A DNA stretch of 64,000 nt from Holothuria leucospilota. Taxonomy: Eukaryota. The stretch covers positions 23,687,285-23,751,284 of the forward strand of contig CM055969.1 in the NCBI GenBank assembly GCA_029531755.1, in the 5' to 3' direction. The position numbers and the translations under genes are program-made. Within the stretch, counting starts at the first letter, position 1; every line of letters begins with the position of its first letter. The notes below the pieces were generated by a model. The model made no database searches and was not told the origin of the DNA. It saw nothing but the letters and a program-made list of their open reading frames with translations. Of the stretch, positions 24,775 through 38,065 are shown piece after piece.

Positions 24775-25620
24775 TTGACAAATCACAACGATTTTACTAC
24801 GTCAAATCTTCCATTTTCTTTGGCCATGCTGCTTCCATTTCATCTGCATACGTATGAATGGATCTTAAAAACATTTCTTACGAGTAAATTCAATCCATGT
24901 TACAGCTTTAAGCTTAATTTTTTTTTTTGGGCAGTGATTATTACATAATTTTATACGTATCTTCCACACATGATTATTTCCCACCAATTCTATTGGTCAG
25001 GAAAAATGCAAGCATTGCTTAAGCCTTACATAGCTTTGTGAAAACTAGCAAAAAAAGATTTCTCCTAATGAAGCCTTTTCACTAAAAAAAAAAAAACAAA
25101 AAAATGAGAAAACAGGACAAACATAGAACACTTCACAACCACACACATTTCTACTCCAAATAAACACTCTGCCCCTCACCCCTTTGACAAATCACAAAGA
25201 TTTTAAGTCAAATCTTCCATTTTCTTTGGCCATGCTGCTTCCATTTCATCTGCATACGTATGAATGGATCTTAAAAACCTTTGTTGCGAGTAAATTCACT
25301 CCATGTTACAGCTTATTACAGATTATTACATAATTTTATACATATCTTCATAATCTTCCACACATGATTATTCCCATCAATTCTATTGGTCAGGAAAAAT
25401 GCAAGCACTGTTTAAGCCTTATACAGCTTTGAGAAAACTAGCAAAAGAAGATTTCTCCTAATGAAGCCTTTTCACTAAAAAAAAAGAAAAAAAAAAGTGA
25501 GAAAACACAACAAACATAGAACACTTCACAATCACACACATTTCTACTCCAAACAAATACTCTGCCCCTCACCCCCACCCTCACCCCACCCCCGACAAAA
25601 GACATTAAAAACATTTGATA
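24775..25620. repeat. Tandem duplication of two ~425-bp units in intergenic DNA
   Basis: gacaaatcaca(a/c)gattttac..tcttccattttctttggccatgctgcttccatttcatctgcatacgtatgaatggatcttaaaaac.. is repeated at about 24777 and about 25195, including the poly-A segment and the acacttcaca(a/t)ccacacacatttctactccaaa(t/c)aaa(c/t)actctgcccctcaccc tail. Confidence 0.8.
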
Positions 25621-26652
25621 AAAAAAGAGCAAACAATAAATCTCTTATGACCCCTACTCGTTCAATACTATACAAACTCATACCTAATTAACAACTACAA
25701 CTAGTACTACTTTGAGGTTTTACCACTTTTCTAACATGCCAAACATTCTGAATTGGGTCAAGGGTCACAAAAGATATAGATCTGGCAACATGTAAAGATC
25801 CACTTTAAACACCATTGAAAACCCTTTCATTCTTACCAACTAGAAACAAAATCATTAATTACTATTCCACACAACTGAGAAGTTATAACATATTTTCCAA
25901 AGTCTCCTTCACTCTTTGACAAAGAGCCAAAGGGAAATAACCAACCCCTAATCCTGGAGGAGTTTTGCTCCCTGAAGGAGTTACAAACCTAAGCGACACT
26001 AAGAATAAAGCAACCAACCTCTTGACCTTCAGACCTCTACATCATGGGTCTGTCAAGTGTGGCCCCGTTCCAGACTAGCTGAAAAGTGCAGATATTACAC
26101 ATAATTTTATCCTAAAGGCCAAGAATTTTAGAACTTGTAATAGTAGCAGAGAAAACTGAGTTATGCAATGCAAAAAATTCTTCATCCAATCAAACCTATC
26201 AAATTCAATAAGACAACAACCCTTCTTTTATTTAAATACATAAAATATATACCTTCTTATCTCTCTGTTTTTTATTTCCTTTGATGTTTTATGTCACTCA
26301 GACAAAACACTTATGTCTAAACCATTATTAAAAAGAAAAGATTTTTGTATATCATGACATCATTGGACAATAAAAGACATGCCGAAAACTGTTACATATT
26401 TGAAATTTTTCATACCCTATTTACTTTCTTCATGTTGGTCAAATTTGAATAAGTGTGTTTTAACAGTATATTTAATTACCCTTAGCAAATGCGAATGTAA
26501 GCAGAGAACATGTCTCCACAGTAGAAATAAAGTGCAAGAGTTTTTCTGAGATTCATAGTTAACTTTGCAACTACCACCCATAAGACGAAAGAGCCCAGAG
26601 GAAGAATCCATAGGAAAATCTATAAACTACAGCTCCAAAGATTTATGTATAA

Positions 26653-26890
26653 CCAGAAAGCCAAAAGGCTTAGTGATTCCTTGCCAATGAAACTTAAAAA
26701 GCAATCTTCGAAGCACCAATCATGTTTGCTAATGACGTTCTCTCCCTAAACTCATGTTTTGAGGTTACCCTTCTTGAGATAGTGTTTACAAGCTAAGTGT
26801 CACATACACACACATACATACAGCAGACACACACATACATACGGCTAACATGGCATCACCGTTGCATAGATTCCTCTATGTCAGGGAATC
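26653..26890 (-). mobile_element. Family A element in minimal (MITE) form: both termini and the (AC)n tract, no satellite array
   Basis: Runs accagaaagccaaaaggcttagtgattccttgcc..cttcttgagatagtgtttacaagc..gtcacatacacacac..catcaccgttgcatagattcct. About 240 bp. Confidence 0.7.
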
Positions 26891-27584
26891 AAAAGCTTTG
26901 TCTGGTCTCAACCTTTCTCAAATTCACATAGTAGGCCTAGGCCTATACATACTGAAAAGTTTGTATGATGTACGCCACAGAATTACGCCAAATTATGTCA
27001 TGCAATGGGACTAATATTTCACGGTATACCGGTATTTTTGTAAGTACAAGTATATACCGGTACCCATATGTTACCACCCATCATAAGATACCAAAGTATC
27101 GATGAGAACCGTACCCGATGGTACTGCGAAAATATTTTTTGAAAATACAATTGAATGGAATATTACTGAATTATAAACACCACATCCATTGGATAACTGC
27201 CTTGCATTTTTTATATTAAATTATAAACCTGAAACGTGCATTTGATAATTATTTTTCACCATTCCAATAACAAATTTCACCTCGGAAATGTTAATTTTAA
27301 TGTTATCCTATGTTGCTAATGAGTACCCTTGTGACGTTTGTTTTAACTTGGAGAATAAAAGTTTGCAAAAACAGCTTTGCGTTGTATTTGTAACTCATCT
27401 AAGCTTTAAACTATTATAGAAAATATTATTAACCAATGGAGGAGTACAACAGTATTTATGAAAAACTATACATGAAAACATACAGCTTCCTCAAAATGTG
27501 CTTGCAGCATAATGGTTCCGTAAGTATAGGCCTACACATTACTATGCATAGTATACAGTGTGCAGATATTTACTAACATACTGG

Positions 27585-28612
27585 AAGCCCAGCACCAAGC
27601 GGTCCTACTAATTAGAGCCCGGCTGTCCATGTACGTACAAATCAACCGCCGTAAAGAAGTTCAATTGTTTAGCAAACGTATTAACAGCAAATTGGTACGT
27701 AAATCACACGTATAGTAATATTAAACAAGTTTGTCCCCCCCCCCCCCAAAAAAAAAAAGCCAATTACTGTATGTGTTAAGTTAGGCTATGTTGTCACATC
27801 ATGGGGGAAAAACTTTAATTGATCAGATTAGCAGGCCCGTAGCTGGGGGGAAACCACTTTGAGGGGTCACATCAAAGTAGGATTGTCGCTGGCCTGGGGG
27901 AGGGGGCGTCCCTCCCCTTTGAAAAGTTTTTGTCTTTTTCAAGGAGCCTAGATGCAAAATGGTGTGAGATCATTTCAAAATTTGACAGAAGTAGTCTTGA
28001 AGGTTTAGTTATTTTTTCTTCGTTTTTGATTTTCCAGGGGGGCAAGTGTCCCCCCTTGCCTCAACCTTGGACGCCCATGTTGTCAGAGCTAATGAAATTA
28101 CGGTATGATCACGAATGTACCTCTAGTTATTTTCACATACAGGATTCCGTCTGCCGGGAAAGAAAAGTGGCCGAGTGGGCGGAGAATAATCCCCTACACT
28201 TTTTAAAGTAACATGCCCGTCACTCAACTGTTGATGCCCATTCAAGCTGAGGCACTCCAGGCAGGCCTATGGACCCGGCAAACTTTGCAGTAACTTTGCC
28301 AAAACACTGAACATGATCTTTGAAATTTATGATTGATAAAAATTAATATTGTCAATGCAGACTCATTGACTCATTCTGTAATTACTTTTGTTAAAAAAAT
28401 ATAAATAAAATCATACTTTTGCCTTCAAAATACAACATTGAAAAGGTATTTTTCGGCCACCAAGTTCTTTAGGCAGTCAACTTTATTGTACCTCATTACG
28501 TACATTTACGATGCTTCTATAATGTACACTCATGTATAGCCAGGCTAAGTTTAGGTAGCACAGGGCGAGCCGGGCTAAAATTAGTAGGACCCCACCAAGT
28601 GACTGCTATCCG
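27585..28612. mobile_element. About 1-kb segment bounded by ~25-bp inverted repeats (..ggtcctactaatt.agagcccgg.. versus ..ccgggctaaaattagtaggacc..). It contains a family D motif.
   Basis: Inverted match between 27597-27625 and 28570-28600. The interior carries gggggagggggcgtccctcccctttgaaaag...agatgcaaaatggtg at 27890-27965. Confidence 0.45.
27890..27965. repeat. Family D dispersed motif (G-run..TCCCCTCCCCTTT..AGATGCAAAATGGTG). Other copies about 20325-20400, 34625-34700, 51015-51075, and a partial copy at 39235-39365.
   Basis: Shared strings ccctcccctttgaaaag / ccctcccctttaagaa / ccctcccctttggaaa, followed by agatgcaaaatggtg / cgcaaaatggtgctatc / caaaatggtggcat. Confidence 0.5.
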
Positions 28613-30789
28613 GAATTGCGACTGAACGAAACATAAACTGGGGAGTACTGTACAATTGCCACAAACCCCATTAGCAATATCATGGCACCCTTAAGGGAAG
28701 AGTTGGCGCTCTATTCCCTTCTACCATAGCACCACAGTGGACACAGGTTGGGCCAAGTCCAGGGTAACATATGGCGGAGCCACTCCATGAATGTTGCGAA
28801 TAAGGGTCCAAGGAACCATTAACTGACATCCATGTACCAATATTCCATTTTCAATAGTACATAGTCGGGCCGAAGCCACAGTCGGGAGAATGGCAGTGAC
28901 AAATAATGCTATCTATGCTCAAATCTTTTTGTTCTTATTGTGAGTCAAGTATTCACTTCTCTTAAATAAGAAGAGTATAAATATTGCTGCCACATCCCTA
29001 GCCACATCCCGGCCATAATCTTAACCAAAGTCTCTCACAGAACAAACTATAAATGGAACTTCGAAGCCCACAGTACTGCCATGCAACTAGGCCAACTTGG
29101 CTATTTCACACCATCTTACCGTGTAATGCATATACACAAACACAGGGTGTAGGCCCACATGTGCTTGTTTTTAGGTGTTTTAGTATCATAAAGAGGGGTA
29201 GGTACTGCATGCACGCACTGTATATTACTAGTTTACTACATAAGTATCCGTTCGATACTGTCCACAAATCGATGGACTGTACTCGACTACGTACGCATTA
29301 TGTAGGCCTATGAGTTGATAGATCGAATGTGGCCTACTGTCTTTGTGATTTGCTACAAAGCATGAAAAATTTGCTGCATGAAATGTGAACTAGGGTTGTA
29401 GCCTACCCACAAATATTAGCAGAAAATTTTGTTGTGGTTCACTGACCTGGCGCGGACCAGAGTAGCTACAACCCTGACTCTCTATCACTTAATAAGCTTA
29501 GTTTTGAGCTGATGAATCTAAACATTTTTGCAGGTATTTTGTGTTAAAAACTGGACTATTTTCTCTAATGGAACCAGTATTGCGGTATTACCGGTACCAT
29601 TTGTGGCAGTACCAAATTTCAGCGGTACCGTGAAACCTTACAGGGGACTAGGCCTATGCCACGCCAACTTATTGTTAACACCCCAGTCTCAGAAAGCATA
29701 ATCCTGCAGCCTGACACTACAATACATTACTGTTGGTTACTGCAGACATAGGCCTACTGTGTATTTGGCTTAAGGTGTAGGCTAGGCTAACATTAGTGTT
29801 TGTTATAGTACCGACATTCACTTTAGTATGCCCCCCCCCCCCCCCCCAATGACGTCGGCATCGTGCACCAAAGCGGGCAAAGCCAGTACGGCATACAATT
29901 TCATTTGCCACAGATCTGCATGAAAACTCTTGAACTTTCCTGTATGGGCCTAGGCTATACTCGTAGGTAGGTCTTGGCCTAACTGATTTCTACAAATCAT
30001 TAGCCAGCTGCCTACATGTAACTTTGTAAGACCCTTCATTCTAACGATACTTGCACTTAGTAACACTAACAGTTAGTCACAGGCTGTCCTAGCGTTATAC
30101 AGTAAACGAGTAAGTTAATACCTTAGGCTATATACAGTACATATAATAGTGGAAAGGTAGCGCACTTCACAGCCTTTCGCCTTTCGGTACCAACTTCGCC
30201 TGCCTGAATCACGCTGTTCATGCCTTATTCTCCGTTATCAATTCACAACAATCTTCCAATCGTGCCCGTACAGCACTTCTGTGGTATGACGACTCATTTG
30301 GACCGATAAATGTGTTTAAAAAAAGGAATATTTTTCTGCGAAAATTTCGTTTGCACATGATCACGTTTAGTCGTCGCGATGGTGACGTCACTTGTATAAA
30401 GGGATTTCCCCCATCTTCGAAATCCGGTCCTCCCACTGGATAGTTCGGCCTATCGTCATGAGAGACTCACTACGTCAGGACAACTATCCAATGGGAGAGC
30501 TGAATACCATCAGCTAACAGCTATCATGATCTTCTGGATACGGATGCCCTTGGGGTATGGTTAAGTTTTACAGACCGTGTAGTAAATATACGTAGACCGT
30601 TATCACATTATTGATATGAATGGTTCATCACAGCTACCGTAGAATGCAGACCTTTAAAGAAAATGCCAATTTTGACCTCAAATGACTTCTAATCTTCATG
30701 AAATTTTAGGACAAATATGTACTACATAAAAGCCAGCTACACAGCAAGTTTCAAGTTAAACCAAGTTCTACATTCAAAGATATTGTGCT

Positions 30790-31206
30790 TGGACGATTTT
30801 GGCCCTTTTCACCTCTGGTGACCCCAAATGACCTTTGACCTCTACCAAAAACGATAGGGATCACCTTCCTGATATGGGCCATGCACATGCCAAGTATGAG
30901 ATTCCTTGAAGTTACACATCTTGAGATAGAGTGTTTACAAGCAATTTCTATGGCGTTCACTATTTGACCTCTCGTGACCCCAAATGACCTTTGAGCTTCA
31001 CCAAAAACAATAGGGATCATCTACTCAATATAGGGTATCCACATGCCAAGTATGAGGTTCCCCAAGATTACCTTTCTTGAGATAGAGTGTTTACAAGCAG
31101 CGTCACACACACACACATACATACGCACACACACACATACACACACACATACACACACACGCCATCACCATCGCATAGATTCCTTGCCTGCCTTCGGCAA
31201 GGAATC
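30790..31206 (-). mobile_element. Family A element, truncated copy: two satellite monomers, (AC)n and the terminal hairpin attccttgcctgccttcggcaaggaat
   Basis: tgaccccaaatgacctttgacctctaccaaaaac.. monomers, then gtcacacacacacac..gccatcaccatcgcatagattccttgcctgccttcggcaaggaatc. Confidence 0.65.
31095..31160. repeat. (AC)n / (ACAT)n microsatellite module of family A elements. Equivalent tracts at 86-108, 26790-26850 and 40880-40935; family B tracts at 7700-7740, 8021-8046 and 55935-56040.
   Basis: Direct reading of the dinucleotide runs adjacent to the element hairpin terminus. Confidence 0.85.
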
Positions 31207-31443
31207 AAAAATATGAATCAAGATTTTACCAGCATTATTGTAGCAGTTGAAGATATGCCCTAAAATGAAAACAATGTGCATGTTATATCTTCCTTTATAA
31301 GTATTTTGAAATTATTCCAAAATTAAAGTCACCTTTTTAGTATGTTATGTACCTTAAACTAAACTTTAGTAACTCATGGCATGATAAACATGGCATGAGC
31401 TGGATGGGACTTCACCTCTCTTTCATTGAAAAGGTTAAATTGA

Positions 31444-31566
31444 TCAAAACTCCAGGAGGTAAACTTGACCAAGTTGATCACCACAAATTATTTCCATCGA
31501 TGAGTTGTCACCAGTGGCTCTTGTAAGCATTGATGAAATAGGAGCTTGGCAGTTGAACTGACCAAT
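31444..31566 (-). CDS. Terminal coding exon of the WD40 gene; IGQFNCQAPISSMLTRATGDNSSMEIICGDQLGQVYLLEF*
   Basis: Acceptor ctcttccctccag|. In-frame stop TGA at 31444-31446. Confidence 0.6.
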   Translation of the reverse strand: MGQFNCQAPISSMLTRATGDNSSMEIICGDQLGQVYLLEF

Positions 31567-32481
31567 CTGGAGGGAAGAGTAAATGACGGCAGGCATTTTT
31601 AACACACAACAGGCAGACATTTTTAACATTACATGAATGCTTGATACATACGTGCCCTGGTAGTGGGAATACCACTCCAATTAACTTAAAAATACATAAA
31701 GTCAAGGACAACTGTGGAAATGAAAAGCAGTCTTCTTGAGATAACAGTTGAGTACCCTATCAAGGAAAACCAGTTTTCCATCAAAGGAATAACCGATACT
31801 CCTCTTTCAGTCAATGAATCTCATGACAGCTCTCAAAGGACATGTATTATTCTCATCAAATATAAAAGGGTGCCATTATACCTGTAGCAAGTGTGGGCCT
31901 GATAATCAGTATTCATTATTGCTATGCGCAGATATTGCTCATTTTAGTCCGGCAAAGGTAACAATCAAAGTCACTTACAAACAACACACCAAACATCAGT
32001 TAAGGTTACTTAAGAACCCCATACTAAACAACAGTGAAAGTTATTTTAAAAACACATACTAAACAAAAGTAAAGGTCACTTAGGAACGTCATACTAAACA
32101 ACTGATATTACTAGACCAATACTTCACACAAAGGTTATGTGATTTTCTTATTTCTGATGTTAAGTCATTGTGTTTCACCTCATGTAAATAAAACGACACA
32201 TCATGATATTAAAGGAAGATTAGAAGCCTGTAGTTTTGGGCACATTAGGCTCATTCCCTAACTCTGGCATCCGACTAATACTGGCCCATATTGATAATTA
32301 AATTATCATATATCTATAACATTGGTTACTGGTCAGTACAATAACATCTAACATCTTTATGTACTAAGTCCTGAATACCAGGAATTTGTACTTCTGTTTC
32401 ATATTTGTGCATCTCTCGGTGAAAATTTAAGTGATGCAGCATGCAAGTAAGAGGTGAGGACAACACAGTACAATATGTTAC

Positions 32482-32607
32482 CTGTATCAATCTTTGGAGG
32501 CTACACCCATCTTCAGGTTTTTTCCAGAGCTTCATTCTGGCATCAGCAGAGGCAGTGATGATAACATCTTCTTCAACACTTATGCTGGTAACACTTTCCC
32601 CATGAAC
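32482..32607 (-). CDS. WD40 exon; VHGESVTSISVEEDVIITASADARMKLWKKPEDGCSLQRLIQ
   Basis: Acceptor tttcatag|, donor GTAACA. Confidence 0.65.
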
Positions 32608-33466
32608 CTATGAAATGATGTCCAAAATCATAAGGAATTATTTCCAAAATGACAGAAAGGAATTACAAACACAGGATCACACAGTCATTTAAAGAAAAAG
32701 TGACTGGGGTGTTATGAGAAGAAAGCTCTGATCAAAAATTTCACATGTCTGATTTTATTCTCAACAGGAACAATCACAGACAGATGAAACTTTTCAAAGC
32801 ATTCATGAAGAACACAAAGAATATTTCATTATATGACTTCAACTCTTCATGAATGAAACGAATAGTAATACACTAATTGTTGAGTCATCAACATATCAGT
32901 GCAATACATTGAGAAACATGCAGTTAATTGTATTTGTAGATATATTCTTTCATAGCATTTCAGAAGAAGGCATCGTAAAACACAAAAGCATGTCAAGGTT
33001 AAAATAGCCACAAAAACATTGAAACCAATGTCACACAACTAGTTCAGATCAGAAATACATCACACACAGACACAAATGTATCTTAATACTTTTAAAATTA
33101 CTTATACATCACACACGGACACAAATGTATCTTAATACTTTTAAAATTACTTAACAAGCAGACACTCCTTACACTTACACTAGAATGTCTTTTCATTGAC
33201 AGGTGTTTCTTTGTATACTGTATAGCGGGAAATTTCCGCGAGGCTAATATTTGGCGAATCTGTACCTTGTTCACATATTTGTGGAGTGAAGAATTCGCTG
33301 TTGCAGGCAACCAACATAGCCTCGTACATACTAACAAAAGTACTTTCGCGGGTCTTAAATATGCGGTTAGATACTTGGTCGCGAAAAGCGCGAAAATTTA
33401 ACCCCGTGAAAATTTCCCACTATACAGTAACATACACCTTCTTTAAACTGGGGAGGGCAAACGTAC

Positions 33467-33640
33467 CTTTCTGTATCTTTCTTCCTCAGGCAGAGATTCA
33501 TCGGTGACATATACTGAGCCATCCTCAAGACCGAGCAGCAACTTGGTTTTATTCAATTCTTCCTTCTCTTCTTTCTTCCAAGGGGTGAGACAGCAAGCGA
33601 CTGAACTCATGTCAAGGTCTAAGACTGATTCAGTAAGCGT
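33467..33640 (-). CDS. Exon encoding a Lys/Glu-rich linker; TLTESVLDLDMSSVACCLTPWKKEEKEELNKTKLLLGLEDGSVYVTDESLPEEERYRK
   Basis: Acceptor ttcttctgcag|, donor GTACGT. Phase 0 on both sides. Whether it joins directly to the 37328 exon is unverified. Confidence 0.6.
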
Positions 33641-34551
33641 CTGCAGAAGAACCATATATGATAGGAATTAAATCTTATAGAGGCTAAATCCTATGGACTT
33701 CATTCAGTACTAAGGGCAACTAAGAGGATCCGAGGGTTCAGGTGTAAAGAGCCCTAGGATGTCAAATTCATTGGTACAATTAATAACCTATTTACTCATA
33801 AAATGTACTGAGAGTGTGTAATTTTTCCAAAAGGGGGTTTCTTATTGGGGATGAGTTGTCATTTCAAATTCTTACCATACACTGCACATTACCATACACT
33901 TCTCATGCATGGGGGTGGGGTAGGGGTAGTAGGGTGCAAGTTTTCAACCAGATGAAAACTGTTCATTTATTGAGCAGTGCATATGAAAAATTTTTACAGC
34001 GGAGAGTTTAATGGAGGGCAGGCATTTAACAGAGTAGATGCAGTAAATTACAACAACTGTCACTGCCGAACAGAATCTCATATATGCAAACTTTGCAAGA
34101 TGAAAATGAGGAACACCACCTCATGGCACTCGGAGCACTGTGTGGTTTCAGTCAAGTTTAATGTACCATAAACCTTCTTAACAAACCCTACACAAAAGGG
34201 GGAAGCCCCCTCCCCCCAAGACTGCTATAGCATTCCAACAGTCAAGGAGTTCTTAAACAGTTTTTCAATAATACGTAAAACAACAAAAAATCAGAAGAAA
34301 ATACACCTTCGACTATTTCAGTCACACATTTCTCACAAATGACTCAACTTTCTCAATCAACTGCCAAGTGGCCAGGGCCTGAATCTTCTGAGTACGGAAC
34401 TGATTCTACTGGGCAACCTATACAAGCTGCAGGCTACACAACTTTCACCTAGGCCTACCCCTTTTGACTAAGCATCTGACCCACAAACCATCAGAATGCA
34501 ATGAATAGCTGCAAATTAACAGCTACTACGTAACATAATACGAACAAAGTG

Positions 34552-36470
34552 TGGACATAGCAGACCTGCCAACATTTGAAAACTGGAAATAGGAACACAG
34601 CGGCGTCATTTTGGAGAATCCGCCAACCTGGGGGTGGGGTCTTAGTGGAGGGGGTGTCCCCCTCCCCTTTGGAAATTTTTTGAAGTTTAAATACTCTTAG
34701 AATCAAAATGGTGGCATATTTAAGGAATATGTATCAAATTTTTAAACAGGCAAAATTACAAATTTATAGGCTGTATTTTAAAAGATTGGATGATTGGTAG
34801 GCCTATGTCTGCTGGAATTGTAGCCTAAACAAAATGCAAAAATTAACACACCCCATCACAGTGATAAGGCTAAGGTTTAGTTAGTCTATAATGCAAGCAA
34901 ATTGAACTTTGAACTAGTTCCCGGCAGTGCTGATTACATCCCTTTTTACATTATGAGTGCAAAAAACTTTCAGATTATGTTACTTGTTACTGTTAGGCTG
35001 GGCAGGCTAGGCTGCATGGTAATGTTAGTCATGTTACACACTTAGCCTAACACAAACTTCATTTAGGTGTAGGCCTATGTGAACGATTCTTGGCGGGGTT
35101 TACGCAATGTATTCAGGAAAAAAAATCATATAAAACATTCCCACCTATTTCATAATCTCCGCGACTTTCGTAGTTCAAAAGTTAGACCTCAACGTACCCC
35201 TTAAGTTCAGGCCTGGCCTAGCCTAGGGTACCTAGGCCTAGTTCTCACGTACACTTTGTTCCCTGAACTAGGCCTAGGCTATTGCAACACAAACTTTTGA
35301 CCGCATATTACTGTGAGAGTAATATCGTCTGCGTGCGTTGCTGCAGTGATTGTTGCTATATACGCGTATGCGCGTGTATGAACGTAACTATAGTTATGGA
35401 CTATGTCACAATTAAACAGCAGTGCGTGCTATTTAGCAAATTAGCATACAATAGTGTGAACGTCCTAGTAACACGATTTAGCAGTTTAATAGAATGTTTA
35501 AAAAACAAAACAGGATCGTTTGTGTAAATCAAAAATTTTTGTCTCTTTTTGGACACTAAGTGCAAATAATCTTAGAATGAAGGGTCTTAAACATATAAAG
35601 GACCCATAGAGGTCAATTATGTAGGAGTATACGTGAATTTGAGAAAGTTCGAGACCATTCAAAATTTTTGAAGGTGCGGTAGCCCAATTTTGACAATGGG
35701 TATATTGCTGACCTAGTATGGGAAGCCCCAAAGCTTCCCAAATACTAGGTCAGCAGACTGCGGACTAGGCCTGGCCTAGCCTAGGCTAGACAGCAAACAT
35801 GTGCTATTTGGCTATGCCGCACGCGCAGCCGCACTTAGCTTTGGCTACGTTACCGTTCGTATGATACGGCGAACTACGGTACCGAAAAACGCCTGCAGGG
35901 TCGCAGCTTACTGTCCAAAGTTTAATACTCAAAAACTTTGTTGCTGGTCTTCCGTTCAAAATTGAACACTTTCATAAGTACTTTGTTCAATCTTCAAATA
36001 TTCTTTTTCATCCTTCTTAATCTCAAACAACATCATTGCGATTAGTCCCACTGGTTATCAAACAAACATGCACTATGTATTGCGTATATACCGTATACGT
36101 ACGTACCGACCGCAGGTGCCACACGGACTTCGCGGTCGGTCCGTAGGCGCAGCTGTGGTGCTTTGTAAAGCATTAACTACAACGATCGTTGCGGATATAA
36201 CTGTCAGTGTGCACATATCCTGAGACATTTTAGCGCGCACGCCGGATGTCGCATACATAATGCTGAAGTCTTGCTGAAGTACACGTAAACCCCATACAAG
36301 TTCGATCCACGAATCATGATGCGTGACATGCGTTCAAATAATTATGTTGCAAGGATATTTCTTGTACTATTTTGGGGTGGCCGCTAGAAATCGGAACGTT
36401 CCGATATTTTGCTATGTACGGACTCAAAAATCGGAACGGTTCCGATTAAATCGGAACGGTTGGCAGGTCT
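34552..36470. repeat. Inverted 13-14-bp repeat (cagacctgccaac) bounding ~1.9 kb of AGGCCT-rich sequence that contains a family D motif. Possible degraded DNA element.
   Basis: 34560 gcagacctgccaac versus 36455 gttggcaggtctg. Family D motif at 34620-34720. Confidence 0.3.
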
Positions 36471-37327
36471 GACATAGGCTAGGGCTAACATTATTGTCTA
36501 CTGAAAATGTTATCCTAACAAAAGTCAGTCTATACTAGGACCTTCAGTAACCATTACTAGAGGGAAATGATGTTACCTCCTAGCTGGTCACTTTTGGACA
36601 AACCCTAGCATTTTTGACACACTCGGCTATCATTTGTTAAGGACATAGAAAGTTTGCTATCAATCCAGGTCAAACAAAGTACCAACATTGCTAGTCCTCC
36701 CTGTTCAACCACATGTTAAAACACTACTGTAACTAACCTACACTGAATACATTCTACATTATGTTGCATGCATATCATGCATGCATAGCTAGCTATAGCT
36801 GTGCATGCTGGTGAGAACCAAGTTGAAGTTAGCAAGAGACACAAACTCCAGTTCACAGATGCAACTAGCAAACCAAAGAGTTATACCACAGAGAAAGCTA
36901 CTCAACTACACAATCAGAGCCATGTACACTTTCACAGTATAGCCTGTGTTTTTGTGCTACACAGGGATGACTGCATGTTTTCCAAGCTAGAAAGTTCATG
37001 CCTAAAACATACTTAAATCATGTGAAAGTCACAGAAGGTACACCAAAGGCAAAGAGCAGAAGAGTAAAAGTCAGATAAAGAGATAAACCAATGACACTTT
37101 GAACCAGTAAACAAAAAACAAATCAGAGTACACAAAAGTTTACATAGAAGTTAAACGAAATAACATGTGTCACAGATTCACCTCTGTGATGAATCTCAGA
37201 GTACGACAAAATGACCTCTGACACCAAGCTAAACCATAACAAATGAATCTCAGTATGCTCTAGTGTTCCAAATTTCTCTGTCAGTCATTTAACTCCTACA
37301 ATATGCACTAACGAGAAAAATTCTTAC

Positions 37328-37430
37328 CTTTTGTTGTAGTGTGATGAATGCTGCTTTATTTCTACTCACAAATCCTGTCACACAGGTATTTGAAGGCAGC
37401 CAATGAATGCAAGATGCCCACTCACTCAAT
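37328..37430 (-). CDS. WD40 exon; (R)LSEWASCIHWLPSNTCVTGFVSRNKAAFITLQQK
   Basis: Acceptor ttatttcag|, donor GTAAGA. Confidence 0.7.
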
Positions 37431-37888
37431 CTGAAATAAAAAATACAAAGTCTAACATTGTTTGTTTGCGGTAGGATGATGTTTAATATATTCTGAATGA
37501 CTGAAAACACAGTCACTGTCCATGAATGGTAATAGTCCACAACTTGAAGATATCACAAAAGAGACTTTCAAATGTTGGACAAATCAAACTAAATTTGTCT
37601 CAGAAAAAATTTGGTAAACTTACTATATTCAAAAATTAGTCAAGATCACAATAAACAAATTCAATCTTTAAAAGCCTTTTGCCAAAGCACCAGCAAGCAA
37701 ACAAAATAAAGTTCCCAAAAAATTAAAATATTCTGTGAGAGAGTTGTAGATTCAAAATGGAATTAAATATGACAACCTTTTTGAGATGGTAAACCATATT
37801 TTTAATACTATGTAGATGCAGGCTTAATACTGTATGTGCATCCTGCATGAAAATTTGGGACACATAAAACTAGGAGAATGCATCATAC

Positions 37889-38065
37889 CTTAGCTTTGTT
37901 TGCTTCCAATTTCCTCTAGCTATGCCTTCAACGGTTTGTACTGTGTTCCATGAAGTGACATATAGTATGTCTTCTGTCACATTATATGACATCCCACTAA
38001 CTGGATTCACTTCAGACTTTGCCTCTGGTCTGACACATGCCATCAATAGTTTGTCTTGCTTTAAT
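37889..38065 (-). CDS. WD40 exon; (R)LKQDKLLMACVRPEAKSEVNPVSGMSYNVTEDILYVTSWNTVQTVEGIARGNWKQTKL(R)
   Basis: Acceptor gtttcacag|, donor GTATGA. Phases 1 and 2 are consistent with the flanking exons. Confidence 0.7.

Noticed and set aside
30218-30436. A 72-aa ORF downstream of the CRE/TATA cluster on the minus strand
   Set aside because: No similarity recognised. It overlaps the putative promoter motifs rather than following them. Too weak to call.
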